A stretch of DNA of 64,000 nucleotides from a virus (IMGVR_UViG_3300042569_003232:64001-128000), one strand, 5' to 3'; positions 23,334 through 34,603 are shown, counted from the stretch's first letter. Notes: generated from the sequence alone by a model not told the origin. Made by a program: numbers and translations.

Positions 23334-23338
23334 ATTCT

Positions 23339-23367
23339 ATTTTACACCAAGAATAATAGGTTGTCAA
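23339..23367 (-). promoter_or_regulatory. Sigma70-type promoter TTGACA-N17-TAAAAT
   Basis: Motif match at start of the minus-strand block. Confidence 0.7.
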
Positions 23368-23407
23368 CAACTTTTTGGTTTTTTCTACAAACCATTGTTC
23401 CTTCCAA

Positions 23408-23413
23408 TAAATA
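23408..23413 (+). promoter_or_regulatory. Late promoter motif TAAATA
   Basis: 6 nt from ATG of the large structural gene. Confidence 0.55.
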
Positions 23414-23419
23414 ATTTTA

Positions 23420-26400
23420 ATGTTATTGAGTGCTATACAAATTGCTAATCCGTATCCAAATGAGAAAATAGACATTTCTTTTAATGAACTAAATCCTCAG
23501 TTGTCGAATGCTCGTTTTGGTGTGAGATTTCGTTATTTCTACTATGATACATGGGAAGGTAAAATCAATTTTAGAAAAACAAATGATTATACTTTAATTG
23601 GTAATAACACTGTTGGAACTGTTTTAAGTGCAACGTCTCCAACTAATTTTTTAAATCCTAATGATTTAGCACCTTTTCGTTGGAATGTTAAAAGCGACCG
23701 AGAATATCTTTATTTAACTTTATTAGGAGGTTTATCAGCATTAACAATTTGGCCAAGTCACCCAATGCCAAAAATGACTAAAAATAACAATTTTTCAATG
23801 TCATTGGATATTGGGGTTGTTAGTGCATCTGCATTCAATGGAGAAGTTCAAACTCCAGATTTTAGAAAATTAGTTAAAAAATCTAATTTTTCCACAGTTG
23901 ATTTTAGTGATTCAAATATTGATACTTTATCAGGTTATGCAACACTTGCAGGAGGAAGAAAAAATTACGAATATACAAGAAATATAAATTATTACAGAGT
24001 TTTTAATTCTTCTAGTTTATCTCCTGATCTTATAGCTAATAGTTTACGAATTGATATTCCTGTTATTACGTCCACTAATATTGCAGTTGATGTTCCTGAC
24101 CAAATTTTCATTTTAAGTTTTTATAATGACTATTTTACAAATGATAATTTCAATTATATCTCTAATAATTTTGTCACGAACTTGTCATGTTTAGAAAGTG
24201 AAGTATTAACAGAAATGGGAATAACAACTCCTTACACTGTTCAAGCAAGTATGAATGATAAAAGTGGTGGAGTATTAATTGAGTTAAAGCCACCACTTTA
24301 TATTAAACCAAATAGTGATATAACTGTTTGGTATGAAACATCTAGTCCAATTGCTCCGGGAGGCGTTCTTTTTCAAAAAACTGCAACCAATAATTTTTCA
24401 TTAAGTGTTAATCAAGGAGTTTATCCAAATTCTCCAGTTTATCTATTTAATTATAATTTTGTATCTCCAACCAAAGATTTATTCACGGTAACATTTGCTC
24501 CTTCAAGTTTCGTTACATCACAAACAATTTCAAGTACAACTGTTGAAACTGTTATGGTTGATAATTATTATCAAAATTCATATGACATGCCAACAACAAG
24601 CAATATATTGTTTAAACGTTTCATTGAAACTAGTGGAGATAATACATTATTAGCATATCGTGCTTCTGCTCCTGCAACAACTTATGTTAGTGAACAATGG
24701 TTTCCTGCTAACTCTCACCAACAAATAATTTTCAAAAATAACGGAAGTGGAAATAAGCATAAAGTTCGTATACAATTACAAACTGCCGCAGGTGCTATTT
24801 TTGAAGAAGAAAATCAGATAGAGTTTTTACTAAATAAAGACAAAGTCGTTTTTAACTTATTCTTAACATCGTCAACCGATTCTACTGCAATTGTCGAAGC
24901 AAATATATTTCCAACTCCAAGCAATGAATATCGGGTAAAATGGGATGCGAATCCTCCAGACAATATAATCTTCAGAGATAGGAATGATAATATTCTTCAA
25001 AGAAATACATTTTATCCATTACATGTTTATTCCAAAGTTTCAAATTTAGGAATTGATAAAACTGAAATAGTTTTATATTCCGAAGAATATGATTTGTCCG
25101 CAAATACTTTCTGGTTTCCTCCAAGCAGTGTTTTTGGAAGCGCATATTTAGAAATAAAAGGAGAAACAAATGATTTTAATAGCACCAACTATTCTACTCT
25201 TAGTGCATTTGTTAATCGTAATGGATATTCGTATAGAGTTCCTACAAACGCTAATATTATATGGAATGAAACTGCAAACGATAATCGTGGAAGTGTAGTG
25301 TTATATACAAAAGATAATTTAAAAACTATTAAAGAATCAACTATATATTCTAGTTCTAATAATTATTCTCTAATAAATGCAACCTTTTCTACAATTCCTG
25401 TAGAATCCGATCCTAAACAAGTTTTATTCAATATCTCATGTAATTTGTTTCGTGATGATTTTAATTTTAATGCTACAAAAATGTTTAGTTTTCGTCAATA
25501 TCCTCTCAAACAATATTTGTTTATTGATGCCAAAAAAGAAAGTGATTCAAATGTTTACCGTAGTGACGAATACACTAATATATTCTATTCCACTTCTGGA
25601 ACGATTCTTTTATCAGCCATTTATGCAAACTTGAATGTTAATAGTGCTGATGTTAAATGGGATTACAAGTATAGCAATGGAACAGTTGGTAATGCAACAG
25701 GTTCATCGTTAAACATTACGTTAAATACGGCAAGTGCATGTGTTTATTTGTCTGCATTTAATGCAACTCCAGTTGATGGGGATTTTAAAGCATATAATTT
25801 CACAGATTATATGTGTTTCTATTTGTTATCAAGTATTCAACCTTTTAGTTATATTGGAATACCAAGTAATATTTATGTTCCAATTTATCAACAAGAAATT
25901 GGAGATAGAGACGGAAATACTACCGCATTATCATTCCAGAATAATTCTTATTTAAACTCATTAGGAATGAGTGCATATAAACCATGTCATACGGAAAATT
26001 TCCAATTCTCTGCAACTCCCGGTTTTGATCGTTATGTTTGGAAAATAGGTTCTAAGATATATGAAACAAATAGTAGTTTTGCAGTTATCCCTGTAACATA
26101 CAATGATGTTTCATCAAACAATAAAGTTTCAGTTTCTGCATACAATTCAATCTTTATTGAAAGCAATCCTGTTTCAATTTACAATTCTGCATCTTCTGAT
26201 AATTCTTCGGTGTTTCGTGAAGACGTTCAATTCTATGATTTCCCAAGTCCAGACGTATTTATAACACTGAGTAACAATTATTTTAATGTTAATAAATATG
26301 CAGAAACCCCGGAATTAAATTGTACAATAAACACATCATATACAACTCTTGTTAATTATAATGTCAATTTGGTATTGAGTAGTGCTAATTTCTTTCAAAC

Positions 26401-28639
26401 AAAATCTTTAAATGGAAATCAATCAATATTTTCTAAATTACTAAAAATTAATATTGAGAACTCTGATTTTATTATTAATGAAAATTCCGTTAATCATTGT
26501 AAAGTATTCTTATCAGGAAATATAGGAATTAATATTCCCGGTTATGATTATTGCACTCAAAATGTACCATTATTTTCTAATATTGTGGATTTGATTGCAT
26601 ATAATGGTCCTAATCTTTATTTGTACACTGGTAAGAATTTGCTATCTACCGGGGAAACTGCTACTTTTTATAATGGAAGTAATACGAACTTTTCGTCATT
26701 ACCTTTTTCTGGATTTTCTTCATTTGTATTCGATAATGGGGAAGGATCTCTACAAAGTTCTTTATCAGAATTTTTAACTACTTCATACTCTTCAGAAGGA
26801 AATAAATCTCCTTCATTAACTGGAATTTTAAATGATGGCTCAACTACAGTTCAAACTTGGCATAATATGATTTATGTAAAAAACTCTTTTGAAAAATATG
26901 ACCCTAGCATTCAAAGAGAATTTTATGATGAAATAATTTTACCATATAATTTAGAAGAAACTAGAATTAACCCTAATGATTGGCAATTTGCTGATAAAAT
27001 AAATCAATGCTTAACGAAATTCCAAACAAATATGGAATACTTGAGTGCAAGTTGTTCTATAAACAATATCAATTTCCCTAAAGCAAATGCTGGTTTCTTA
27101 GGTTCGCTATTTGGGAATTTCAAATGGCATACTATTTATTCTCCTGATAATATTCAGGATATTTATTTTAAAAATTTGAAATCTGCACAAATCATAGAAG
27201 ACAAACTATTAACTGTTAATGAAAATTATATTCAGATATATTCAATTGACGAAACACCTGAATTATTATATTCTTTCAATCGTTTAGGAGATGGTGAAGT
27301 TTTAGAAGAACCAATTACCATTAGATATAATTCTAATGAAAAAAGATTGTTCATTCTTGATCGTGGAAAAAATACTTTTTTTGTTTGTGAATTTGATATA
27401 AATGTTCCTCAAAATATCAAACTTACTCATTATTGGGGAGGTGTCGGTGAAAGAACTGATCGTACTAAACTAAACAGTCCTACTGATTTCTGTGTTGATA
27501 AAGATGAACAATTATATATTGTTGATAAAGATTCTTATATCATCAAAGTTTATAATAAAAATCTAAACTGGTTAAATAATATTCAGTTAGATAATTTCTC
27601 TGCAAACAATCGTCCAATTTCTATTTCCGAAAAAGATGGAATTTTTATCGTATTAACAGAAGATAATTACATCACTGTATTCGATAAAAATGAAAAAATA
27701 ATTAATTCTTTCTTTGTTCCTGAATGTAATAATGCGGTATTAAATCAAATTTATGATGGAATCGTATATGCTATTTCAAATAATACTCTTTTCAAATATT
27801 CTCTCAACGGAACAAAAATTTCATCTAAAACATTCTTTGATCCAATAATTGAAGTATTTTTCGACTATACAAACCTATATGTTTTAACTCCTCAATACAT
27901 TTATCGTTATATTGATTTCACTGAAATAGACAAAATCATTGATGAGGATGAAGACAAAGCAGGTTTCCAATGGAATAATATTTTCGTATCAGAAAAAGAA
28001 TTTGTAACTGCATACATTTATAACGATTCATTCCAAAAAATATATGATAATGCAAACTTGTTGAATAGCCGAATATTTAAAAAATTATATATTAATATTG
28101 ATGAAAAAGGTGATGTAATTTATCAATCTACTAGTTCAGTATCTCCGAGTGCATTGACTAATCGTCCTATATTACTAGGAACAAATGAGCCAGTATTATA
28201 TGACACAATTAATCGTAGTATTGAAAATCTATACAATAGTATTGTGGAGTTAAAAGATAACATTAATTATCTTAGCATTTACCCAAATCATAACAATAAT
28301 TTGCAATGGTCATGGAAATATCACTATATTGATTCTATTCAACGACCATCATTGAATAAAAATCCGATTTCTTGGAAAGAACTTCGTAGTAATCAAATAA
28401 CTGGAAGTACACAATTAAGCGGCATTTCATCATGGTGCGTGCTTCGTGGTGGTGTTCCCGGAAATCATTCACTAATATGCTGGAATTTCCAACAAACTCA
28501 ATGCAATAGTTTATTCCCATTAACATGGGAAGAATTAGAATGTGGAAATTGCAGATATCCTTTTAGTTGGAGCGATTTAGAAAATAATTGCTGCAAAACT
28601 CCTGATTTCGTTTTTGAAGATTGCGTATCCCTCTGCTAA
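23420..28639 (+). CDS. Large virion structural protein (baseplate/tail) with PKD-like and NHL-like segments
   Basis: 1739 aa, S/T/N-rich beta composition; F-VFDNGEG PKD-like; LNSPTDFCVDKDEQLYIVD NHL-like. Confidence 0.7.
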   Translation: MLLSAIQIANPYPNEKIDISFNELNPQLSNARFGVRFRYFYYDTWEGKINFRKTNDYTLIGNNTVGTVLSATSPTNFLNPNDLAPFRWNVKSDREYLYLTLLGGLSALTIWPSHPMPKMTKNNNFSMSLDIGVVSASAFNGEVQTPDFRKLVKKSNFSTVDFSDSNIDTLSGYATLAGGRKNYEYTRNINYYRVFNSSSLSPDLIANSLRIDIPVITSTNIAVDVPDQIFILSFYNDYFTNDNFNYISNNFVTNLSCLESEVLTEMGITTPYTVQASMNDKSGGVLIELKPPLYIKPNSDITVWYETSSPIAPGGVLFQKTATNNFSLSVNQGVYPNSPVYLFNYNFVSPTKDLFTVTFAPSSFVTSQTISSTTVETVMVDNYYQNSYDMPTTSNILFKRFIETSGDNTLLAYRASAPATTYVSEQWFPANSHQQIIFKNNGSGNKHKVRIQLQTAAGAIFEEENQIEFLLNKDKVVFNLFLTSSTDSTAIVEANIFPTPSNEYRVKWDANPPDNIIFRDRNDNILQRNTFYPLHVYSKVSNLGIDKTEIVLYSEEYDLSANTFWFPPSSVFGSAYLEIKGETNDFNSTNYSTLSAFVNRNGYSYRVPTNANIIWNETANDNRGSVVLYTKDNLKTIKESTIYSSSNNYSLINATFSTIPVESDPKQVLFNISCNLFRDDFNFNATKMFSFRQYPLKQYLFIDAKKESDSNVYRSDEYTNIFYSTSGTILLSAIYANLNVNSADVKWDYKYSNGTVGNATGSSLNITLNTASACVYLSAFNATPVDGDFKAYNFTDYMCFYLLSSIQPFSYIGIPSNIYVPIYQQEIGDRDGNTTALSFQNNSYLNSLGMSAYKPCHTENFQFSATPGFDRYVWKIGSKIYETNSSFAVIPVTYNDVSSNNKVSVSAYNSIFIESNPVSIYNSASSDNSSVFREDVQFYDFPSPDVFITLSNNYFNVNKYAETPELNCTINTSYTTLVNYNVNLVLSSANFFQTKSLNGNQSIFSKLLKINIENSDFIINENSVNHCKVFLSGNIGINIPGYDYCTQNVPLFSNIVDLIAYNGPNLYLYTGKNLLSTGETATFYNGSNTNFSSLPFSGFSSFVFDNGEGSLQSSLSEFLTTSYSSEGNKSPSLTGILNDGSTTVQTWHNMIYVKNSFEKYDPSIQREFYDEIILPYNLEETRINPNDWQFADKINQCLTKFQTNMEYLSASCSINNINFPKANAGFLGSLFGNFKWHTIYSPDNIQDIYFKNLKSAQIIEDKLLTVNENYIQIYSIDETPELLYSFNRLGDGEVLEEPITIRYNSNEKRLFILDRGKNTFFVCEFDINVPQNIKLTHYWGGVGERTDRTKLNSPTDFCVDKDEQLYIVDKDSYIIKVYNKNLNWLNNIQLDNFSANNRPISISEKDGIFIVLTEDNYITVFDKNEKIINSFFVPECNNAVLNQIYDGIVYAISNNTLFKYSLNGTKISSKTFFDPIIEVFFDYTNLYVLTPQYIYRYIDFTEIDKIIDEDEDKAGFQWNNIFVSEKEFVTAYIYNDSFQKIYDNANLLNSRIFKKLYINIDEKGDVIYQSTSSVSPSALTNRPILLGTNEPVLYDTINRSIENLYNSIVELKDNINYLSIYPNHNNNLQWSWKYHYIDSIQRPSLNKNPISWKELRSNQITGSTQLSGISSWCVLRGGVPGNHSLICWNFQQTQCNSLFPLTWEELECGNCRYPFSWSDLENNCCKTPDFVFEDCVSLC

Positions 28640-28649
28640 ATAATATATA

Positions 28650-29351
28650 ATGTCATCCTACACTAGAGAGATTTGTAAATTAACTGATAATCAAATAGTT
28701 TTCCCAATCAAAGATTATGAAAATATTGGAGATTCATTATCTTCAATAAATTATAATTTTAAAGCATTGGAAGTGTATACATGTAATTTTGAATATAGTG
28801 CAAATAATATTTGGAATCCACTATATTCCGCATTTACACAAAATAGTGCAATTTGGGAAAATCTAGTGAATAATGTGCAGACAAATAGTAGTTGTTGGCA
28901 AGAAACATATAATACTGTTAAAACTTTGAGTGCATATTGGTTAAAACCCGTTTCATTAATCTATCCTTATCCATTTAATATTGATGGTTCTGAAGAAGAT
29001 ATTATTAATGTAGTTTCTGTTTGGATAAACGAAACTATTCCAGTTGCCACTACAAGTTGTAGAAATTTTGTTGTTGGACAACAATTATTTGTTTTTACTC
29101 CTCAATATTCTCAAGTCAATAAGATATTTTCTCAAGAAGCAAACTTAGGAACAAAAACAATTGAGGTTGAATATACAGTGAATTGTATTGGTCGAGGAAC
29201 CAGAGGAGGAGTAAAAACCGTGAATGTAGATTTGGGAAATCAAAGAATTGATATATCTGCTGCCGATCAGTTTATTAGTAATTTCGCAGGTTTAAAATTT
29301 GTTGTCAATCCTCAAGGAACTAGTTGGATTTATGATTCCGCACTTTATTAA
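28650..29351 (+). CDS. Putative tail/baseplate-associated protein
   Basis: ENIGDSLSSINYNF motif shared with next gene. Confidence 0.6.
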   Translation: MSSYTREICKLTDNQIVFPIKDYENIGDSLSSINYNFKALEVYTCNFEYSANNIWNPLYSAFTQNSAIWENLVNNVQTNSSCWQETYNTVKTLSAYWLKPVSLIYPYPFNIDGSEEDIINVVSVWINETIPVATTSCRNFVVGQQLFVFTPQYSQVNKIFSQEANLGTKTIEVEYTVNCIGRGTRGGVKTVNVDLGNQRIDISAADQFISNFAGLKFVVNPQGTSWIYDSALY

Positions 29352-29353
29352 TT

Positions 29354-30451
29354 ATGATTCAAGAAATTTCAGAGTACAAATATCTTGGTAATGGATTAGC
29401 TCAAATCAATTCTAACATGAATGAATTTAATGTTAGAATTGATCTTTTGTATAGTGATATTAGTAAATGGAACTCTCTGTTGAAATTTAATGAAATTGCG
29501 TCAAAATTGAGCGATCTTTCTACGTTTCTAAATTCTTATTCAGCTAATTGGAAAAATTCGTCTGATCTTGTTTACAATCTACAAGGATATTGGGAAGAAC
29601 CTGTTCAAATAGCTTTTTATAAAACATTTAATTATGTGGCTAATTTTGTAGAAATTGAAACATGGTTAAATGATTATTTTCCTGCAACAGATTTTTCACC
29701 AACACAAATCTTGCGTTGCGATTTCTTATGTAAAAATTATAGTGACGAAATGCTGGAGGGTGCCCGTATATTAAATTATGATTCGTCTAAATTAGAAGAA
29801 ATTGCTCTAAAATATACTACAACTGTTAAAAAAGTGTATAGATTTTTAGGAATCAAAAATCAATTAAATGCAATTATCTCTTTAATAAATTTCTTATTAA
29901 AAAAGTACAATTATACAAATTTTTACGTTGATAAAATTAAAGACCTTAGCAGTTATTCTACATTTGTGGAATTTGATAAGAGTACAAACATTTTCAGTTC
30001 AACACAATTAGCTAATTTCAGTGAAATTGATTTAGCATATTTCGATTCATATATAACACAATATAATAATTTGTATAATATCTATAAATCTAAATATATC
30101 GAATTAGAAGTTATTCCTCCAGAAGAAATTATACTATTCGATTTAAAAGATGTTGCTGTTACAAGTGGTGGAGCATTTTTCTATAAAATTATAAACAATT
30201 CTTGGACATATCATCCTTACTCCAATATCGAATTTTGTCCAAGAAATATTTGCAGTGATTGCTATAATTCATTGGATCTTAATGCCATTTATGAAAATCG
30301 TAAATATTGTGACAGTGTTCCTAAATATATTTTAACAGAATGTGGTGAAGCTATTCCTTATGGTGGAGCATTATCATTCTCCCCTAGTCAAATCTTTAAT
30401 AGTCCAGAAGAATTATTAGCGATTGAACAATTATCTGATTTATTTTCATGA
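29354..30451 (+). CDS. Putative tail protein, N-terminus paralogous to 28650-29351
   Basis: YLGNGLAQINSNM; W...YW..P..I.YP/F pattern. Confidence 0.6.
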   Translation: MIQEISEYKYLGNGLAQINSNMNEFNVRIDLLYSDISKWNSLLKFNEIASKLSDLSTFLNSYSANWKNSSDLVYNLQGYWEEPVQIAFYKTFNYVANFVEIETWLNDYFPATDFSPTQILRCDFLCKNYSDEMLEGARILNYDSSKLEEIALKYTTTVKKVYRFLGIKNQLNAIISLINFLLKKYNYTNFYVDKIKDLSSYSTFVEFDKSTNIFSSTQLANFSEIDLAYFDSYITQYNNLYNIYKSKYIELEVIPPEEIILFDLKDVAVTSGGAFFYKIINNSWTYHPYSNIEFCPRNICSDCYNSLDLNAIYENRKYCDSVPKYILTECGEAIPYGGALSFSPSQIFNSPEELLAIEQLSDLFS

Positions 30452-31071
30452 ATTTCCGCACCGACGATCCACTATTCGCCAACTATAATGAGCAATTTAT
30501 TGAAATGTTTGTTAATGGCGTTCGTAAAAAATTCTTTGTTGAAAAGACTAATTCTTTTGCATTGCTATCATCAACTACTCTTTTTGATCCAAACCTTTAT
30601 GATTACAGTTTTATCAAAGTTTCGGATGAACAAGAATGTGGAAACAAGTGTATTACTGAAGGTATTACTATTCGGGTAATATATTCAGGAAATCCGACTT
30701 ATCAAGGTATTACAAATCCATGTCCACAACCTCATAATTGTAATGCGTCCAGATATTTGTTTTATGCAAATGGTTTATTTTTGGGCGATGTAAACTTGGA
30801 CAACTATCCTTCTGGAGGTGAAAGAGAAAGCTCATTTGTGTTATCTACTGCTGAAGCGGAAAGTATTGCATCTGTCGATGAAAAGAAAATAACATTTCAA
30901 TTAATTTGTAATGTCGCAGGAAATCCTAAAAAAGGAAAGAATGGTAGTCTCGGTCCCGGAGTTTGTCATGAATCTATTCCATGGGTTTATATCACATCAA
31001 AATCTGGAGCAGTATTATATAGCGGTTGTCCAAGTCAAAATGAATTTACTATTGAATTAATGTGTAGTTAA
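30448..31071 (+). CDS. Putative structural protein, Cys-rich
   Basis: Late operon; HNCNASRYLFYANG. Confidence 0.55.
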   Translation: MNFRTDDPLFANYNEQFIEMFVNGVRKKFFVEKTNSFALLSSTTLFDPNLYDYSFIKVSDEQECGNKCITEGITIRVIYSGNPTYQGITNPCPQPHNCNASRYLFYANGLFLGDVNLDNYPSGGERESSFVLSTAEAESIASVDEKKITFQLICNVAGNPKKGKNGSLGPGVCHESIPWVYITSKSGAVLYSGCPSQNEFTIELMCS

Positions 31072-31086
31072 CGGTTAATATCTATA

Positions 31087-32133
31087 ATGAACCCAACCGA
31101 TAAAATTATACTATCCGGTTTAGCAAATAGTAAAACATCTCTCGGGGAAGTTTTCCGTCGTTATGTGGAATGTTTTCAACAATTTTCTAATCCTGATGTT
31201 TTTGATATAAATATTTTTTCATCGAATTCTGAATCAGACGAAGTATTTTTTCCTAAATACACTAAAAAAATTGATCATAATATTCGATTTATTCACACAA
31301 CAATAAAAAATTATCTAGAACTTTCAAAAATAACTAAACCTCGTTGCAGTTGTTGTAGAAACCTAGATGATTATAAAAAAATCGGTTATTTTGTATGGGA
31401 AAGTAGTAAATTAGAAGATGAAGAAGCAGAAATGTTATCTGATTTTGATGAAATATGGACCGCAAGTAATTATTGCAAACAAATATTTTCTAATTATATT
31501 TCTTCCGATAAAATTAGAATAATAAAGCATCCCATTCCTTTTCCTTTGAAGAATTATAGCAAATTCGAGAAATTCACTATTCTAATCATGGGAAATATAT
31601 CTAGTAACATTGATCGGAAAAATATAATGGATAGTTTGAGTGTTGCAAAAACTGTGAAATCGTTGTATCCCGAAACCCGAATTTTATTTAAAACATTTAC
31701 AATATCTGATACAGAACGAAGTCTTATTTCTTATTTAAACCAAGACGCTGACATAACAGTAATAGACGAATATTACTCGTCATTACAAGTTCAAGAATTA
31801 ATCGCAAAATCTCATGTATTATTATCCATGCATCGAAGTGAAGGTTTCGGATTGTGCTTGGCAGAAGCAATTCCATTAAATACAATTCCATTAGCAACGA
31901 ATTATTCGGGTAATACGGATTTTATGTCTGATCCGAGATTATTAATAGATTATGATTTAGTGGATACAAATCATAATTTGTTTTTAGGGCAATGGGCAAA
32001 TCCAAAATTTGACGATGCAGTGGATAAATTAGTAAATATTATTGAAAATTATGGGTCAACAACTTACAACTTCTCTAATATAAATGATTATTCATTTGAA
32101 AATGTTACAAAATCTATAAAACAAATAATATGA
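31087..32133 (+). CDS. Glycosyltransferase, GT-B/GT4-like
   Basis: HRSEGFGLCLAEA, TNYSGNTDF. Confidence 0.85.
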   Translation: MNPTDKIILSGLANSKTSLGEVFRRYVECFQQFSNPDVFDINIFSSNSESDEVFFPKYTKKIDHNIRFIHTTIKNYLELSKITKPRCSCCRNLDDYKKIGYFVWESSKLEDEEAEMLSDFDEIWTASNYCKQIFSNYISSDKIRIIKHPIPFPLKNYSKFEKFTILIMGNISSNIDRKNIMDSLSVAKTVKSLYPETRILFKTFTISDTERSLISYLNQDADITVIDEYYSSLQVQELIAKSHVLLSMHRSEGFGLCLAEAIPLNTIPLATNYSGNTDFMSDPRLLIDYDLVDTNHNLFLGQWANPKFDDAVDKLVNIIENYGSTTYNFSNINDYSFENVTKSIKQII

Positions 32134-32795
32134 TATTTCGTAAAAATACAAACGATGAAATAGTATTCAACAGTGTATATTATTACAATGAGTACAAGAT
32201 TGACAAGTTTCTTGAGACTGATATTATATTAGATATTGGCGGACATATTGGGTCATTCGCTTTAAAAGCATGGGAATGCAATTCCAGAAATATATACACT
32301 TATGAACCGTTTCATGAAAATTTCCAAATATTATCTAATAATATAGAAGGCAAAGATATTCAGGCTTTTCAAAAAGCAGTTAGAGGAAATTATAGATTAA
32401 AAAATATGCAAATAATCGTAGGAGATAATATCAAAAATGCAGAAATAAAAAATTATGGAGGATTATGCTTGGCAGAGGGGAATGATATAGAAGTTATAAC
32501 ATTGGAAGAAATTGTTCAAAATCTTTCTTCCAATGTTAAATTGATGAAACTTGATTGTGAAGGTAGTGAATATTCTATAATATTTGAAAGCCCGGAATAT
32601 ATTTTTGAGAAAATAGAAAATATAGTAGGTGAAGTTCATCTTTGTGATTTACCTATAAACTTTGTAAATGGGAAATCATTAACTCATAAAGATTTCGTAG
32701 ATAAATTAATTTCCTTGGGTTATACTGTAAAATATCAATCCATAGCAAATGATAATTCTCTGGCATTGTTTATTGCAACTAGAAACGATAAGTAG
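32130..32795 (+). CDS. FkbM-family methyltransferase
   Basis: ILDIGGHIGSF, YEP...NF, LMKLDCEGSEY. Confidence 0.88.
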   Translation: MIFRKNTNDEIVFNSVYYYNEYKIDKFLETDIILDIGGHIGSFALKAWECNSRNIYTYEPFHENFQILSNNIEGKDIQAFQKAVRGNYRLKNMQIIVGDNIKNAEIKNYGGLCLAEGNDIEVITLEEIVQNLSSNVKLMKLDCEGSEYSIIFESPEYIFEKIENIVGEVHLCDLPINFVNGKSLTHKDFVDKLISLGYTVKYQSIANDNSLALFIATRNDK

Positions 32796-32801
32796 TTTAT
32801 T

Positions 32802-33134
32802 ATGTTTAAGAAATTTATCGCAGCATTACAAATAGTTAAAAATCGTGAAAAAATAAAAGCGGTTTTGAATGGAACTTATGTAGCAATTAATAAAACACTT
32901 GTTGCATTGAATTATATCAGTGAACATACAAACGATACAAAACTTGGTCAACTTCTTCAAAAGAATCTACCTCAAATTGTAAGCGTTTTATCTAAAGTAA
33001 AATTAGTTTTTGAAAAATTTGGTCCATATGTTGGCTTAGATTTAACCGTAACTGAACAGAAAGTTCAAACTGAAGAAGTTATGTTGCAAAACTTAGTAGT
33101 TGCGGAAAACCGACTTAATGAACTTCTTAAATAA
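32802..33134 (+). CDS. Hypothetical protein
   Basis: 110-aa ORF after TAAGTA motif. Confidence 0.7.
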   Translation: MFKKFIAALQIVKNREKIKAVLNGTYVAINKTLVALNYISEHTNDTKLGQLLQKNLPQIVSVLSKVKLVFEKFGPYVGLDLTVTEQKVQTEEVMLQNLVVAENRLNELLK

Positions 33135-33345
33135 TCAATCGTATAATCTTGTTAGATATACTTTTACATTAATAGCACTTTGTTCTATAATAATCGGCTT
33201 TTTCATGGGAAAAGTCGCTCCAGAAATTTTTTATGCAACGGTCGGAGGAATTATATCACATTTCTACCAAGAAACTACTATTAAAAAATTAAACTCAAAA
33301 GTCAAAGCACAAAACGATGAAATAAAAGTTTTAAAAAATGAGTAA
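33100..33345 (+). CDS. Small two-helix membrane protein (holin-like candidate)
   Basis: Two hydrophobic segments, basic C-terminus. Confidence 0.5.
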   Translation: MRKTDLMNFLNNQSYNLVRYTFTLIALCSIIIGFFMGKVAPEIFYATVGGIISHFYQETTIKKLNSKVKAQNDEIKVLKNE

Positions 33346-33823
33346 GAAACGCACGTATCGTGAATTTAAGCAAGGGTTCTTCAAACCTGTAGACTCAGCC
33401 AAGTGTCTTAACAAAACGCCTCCTGAGTACCGTTCCGGCTTGGAATTAAAGGTTATGAAAGTCTTGGATAAAAATCCTAATGTGTTGTCTTGGAGTAGTG
33501 AAAAAGTGATAGTTCCATATGTTCATCCTATAAAAACGGCTCAAAGTGGAAGAACAGAAATTGCACGGTATTTTGTAGATTTTTATATGAAATTAAGAGT
33601 CGGGGAAACTATTAAAGAATTTTTAGTGGAGATTAAACCGCATAAACAAACTAAACAGCCGACTACTCATGGCAACAAGAAAAAGTCTACAATTTTATAT
33701 GAAAATGTACAATGGGCTATTAATCAGGCAAAATGGGAGGCTGCAAAAAAATATTGCGAAAAAAAGAATATGCAATTCATTATTATCGACGAAAATAACA
33801 TTGAAAAATTACTTTCCACATAA
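33338..33823 (+). CDS. gp4: Head completion nuclease, T4 gp4-like
   Basis: YRSGLE, WSSE..IVPY, RYFVDF, VEIKP.KQT, NQAKWEAA. Confidence 0.88.
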   Translation: MSKKRTYREFKQGFFKPVDSAKCLNKTPPEYRSGLELKVMKVLDKNPNVLSWSSEKVIVPYVHPIKTAQSGRTEIARYFVDFYMKLRVGETIKEFLVEIKPHKQTKQPTTHGNKKKSTILYENVQWAINQAKWEAAKKYCEKKNMQFIIIDENNIEKLLST

Positions 33824-33845
33824 CCCACGGTAAGTATAATTATAC

Positions 33846-34571
33846 ATGGGAATACACCGTGCCAAAAACGTAAAAGAACGGATGAAAACTTCGTTCTTAA
33901 TATCTGAGCCATTTTCTTGGAATTATAAACAAGAAGAGATTTTAGAAAAGATGTTGGATTGTAAATCTAAATGTATCATAGTCGATTCTTTAGCAGGAAC
34001 AGGAAAAACAATAATGTCTACTTTTGCAGCACTACGAATTCTTCAGCGAAATAAATGTAAGAAAATATATTATGTTCGCAGTGCCGTAGAATCTGCTCAA
34101 AGTAAATTATGTGCGCTACCGGGCAGTTGGGAAGAAAAGATTGCTGTTTATGCAGGTCCATTTCATGATGCACTAAATAAACTCCTAAAACCTGAAGAAA
34201 TAGACAATTTTACTAAAGATGGAATTATCGAAGTTATTCCGGTTTCCTATCTTCGCGGTCGAAGTCTTGATAATGCAGTTATTATTGTTGATGAGGGACA
34301 GAATTTTGTTATGAATGAACTTATTACAATTATGACTCGCTTGGAAGAAAATTCCAAAATGTTTTTAATTGCAGATTCTGATCAATGCGATTTGCCTAAA
34401 AACTTTCAACAAGAATTTTCTAAACTAGTTAATCTTTTCAATAATTCAGAATCTGAAAAACATGGAATACACTACTTTGAATTGCGTGATCCTGAACTTG
34501 TTATGAGAAGTGCATTTGTAAAATACATTTCTAAACGATATAGCGATTATAAAAAATTGATAACCTCTTAA
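33846..34571 (+). CDS. phoH: PhoH-like ATPase
   Basis: AGTGKT, LPGSWEEK, YLRGRSL, DEGQN, DSDQCD. Confidence 0.92.
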   Translation: MGIHRAKNVKERMKTSFLISEPFSWNYKQEEILEKMLDCKSKCIIVDSLAGTGKTIMSTFAALRILQRNKCKKIYYVRSAVESAQSKLCALPGSWEEKIAVYAGPFHDALNKLLKPEEIDNFTKDGIIEVIPVSYLRGRSLDNAVIIVDEGQNFVMNELITIMTRLEENSKMFLIADSDQCDLPKNFQQEFSKLVNLFNNSESEKHGIHYFELRDPELVMRSAFVKYISKRYSDYKKLITS

Positions 34572-34573
34572 AT

Positions 34574-34603
34574 AAAAAACCCGGATAAAAATCCGGGTTT
34601 TTT
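34574..34603. terminator. Bidirectional intrinsic terminator
   Basis: AAAAAACCCGGAT/ATCCGGGTTTTTT. Confidence 0.85.
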
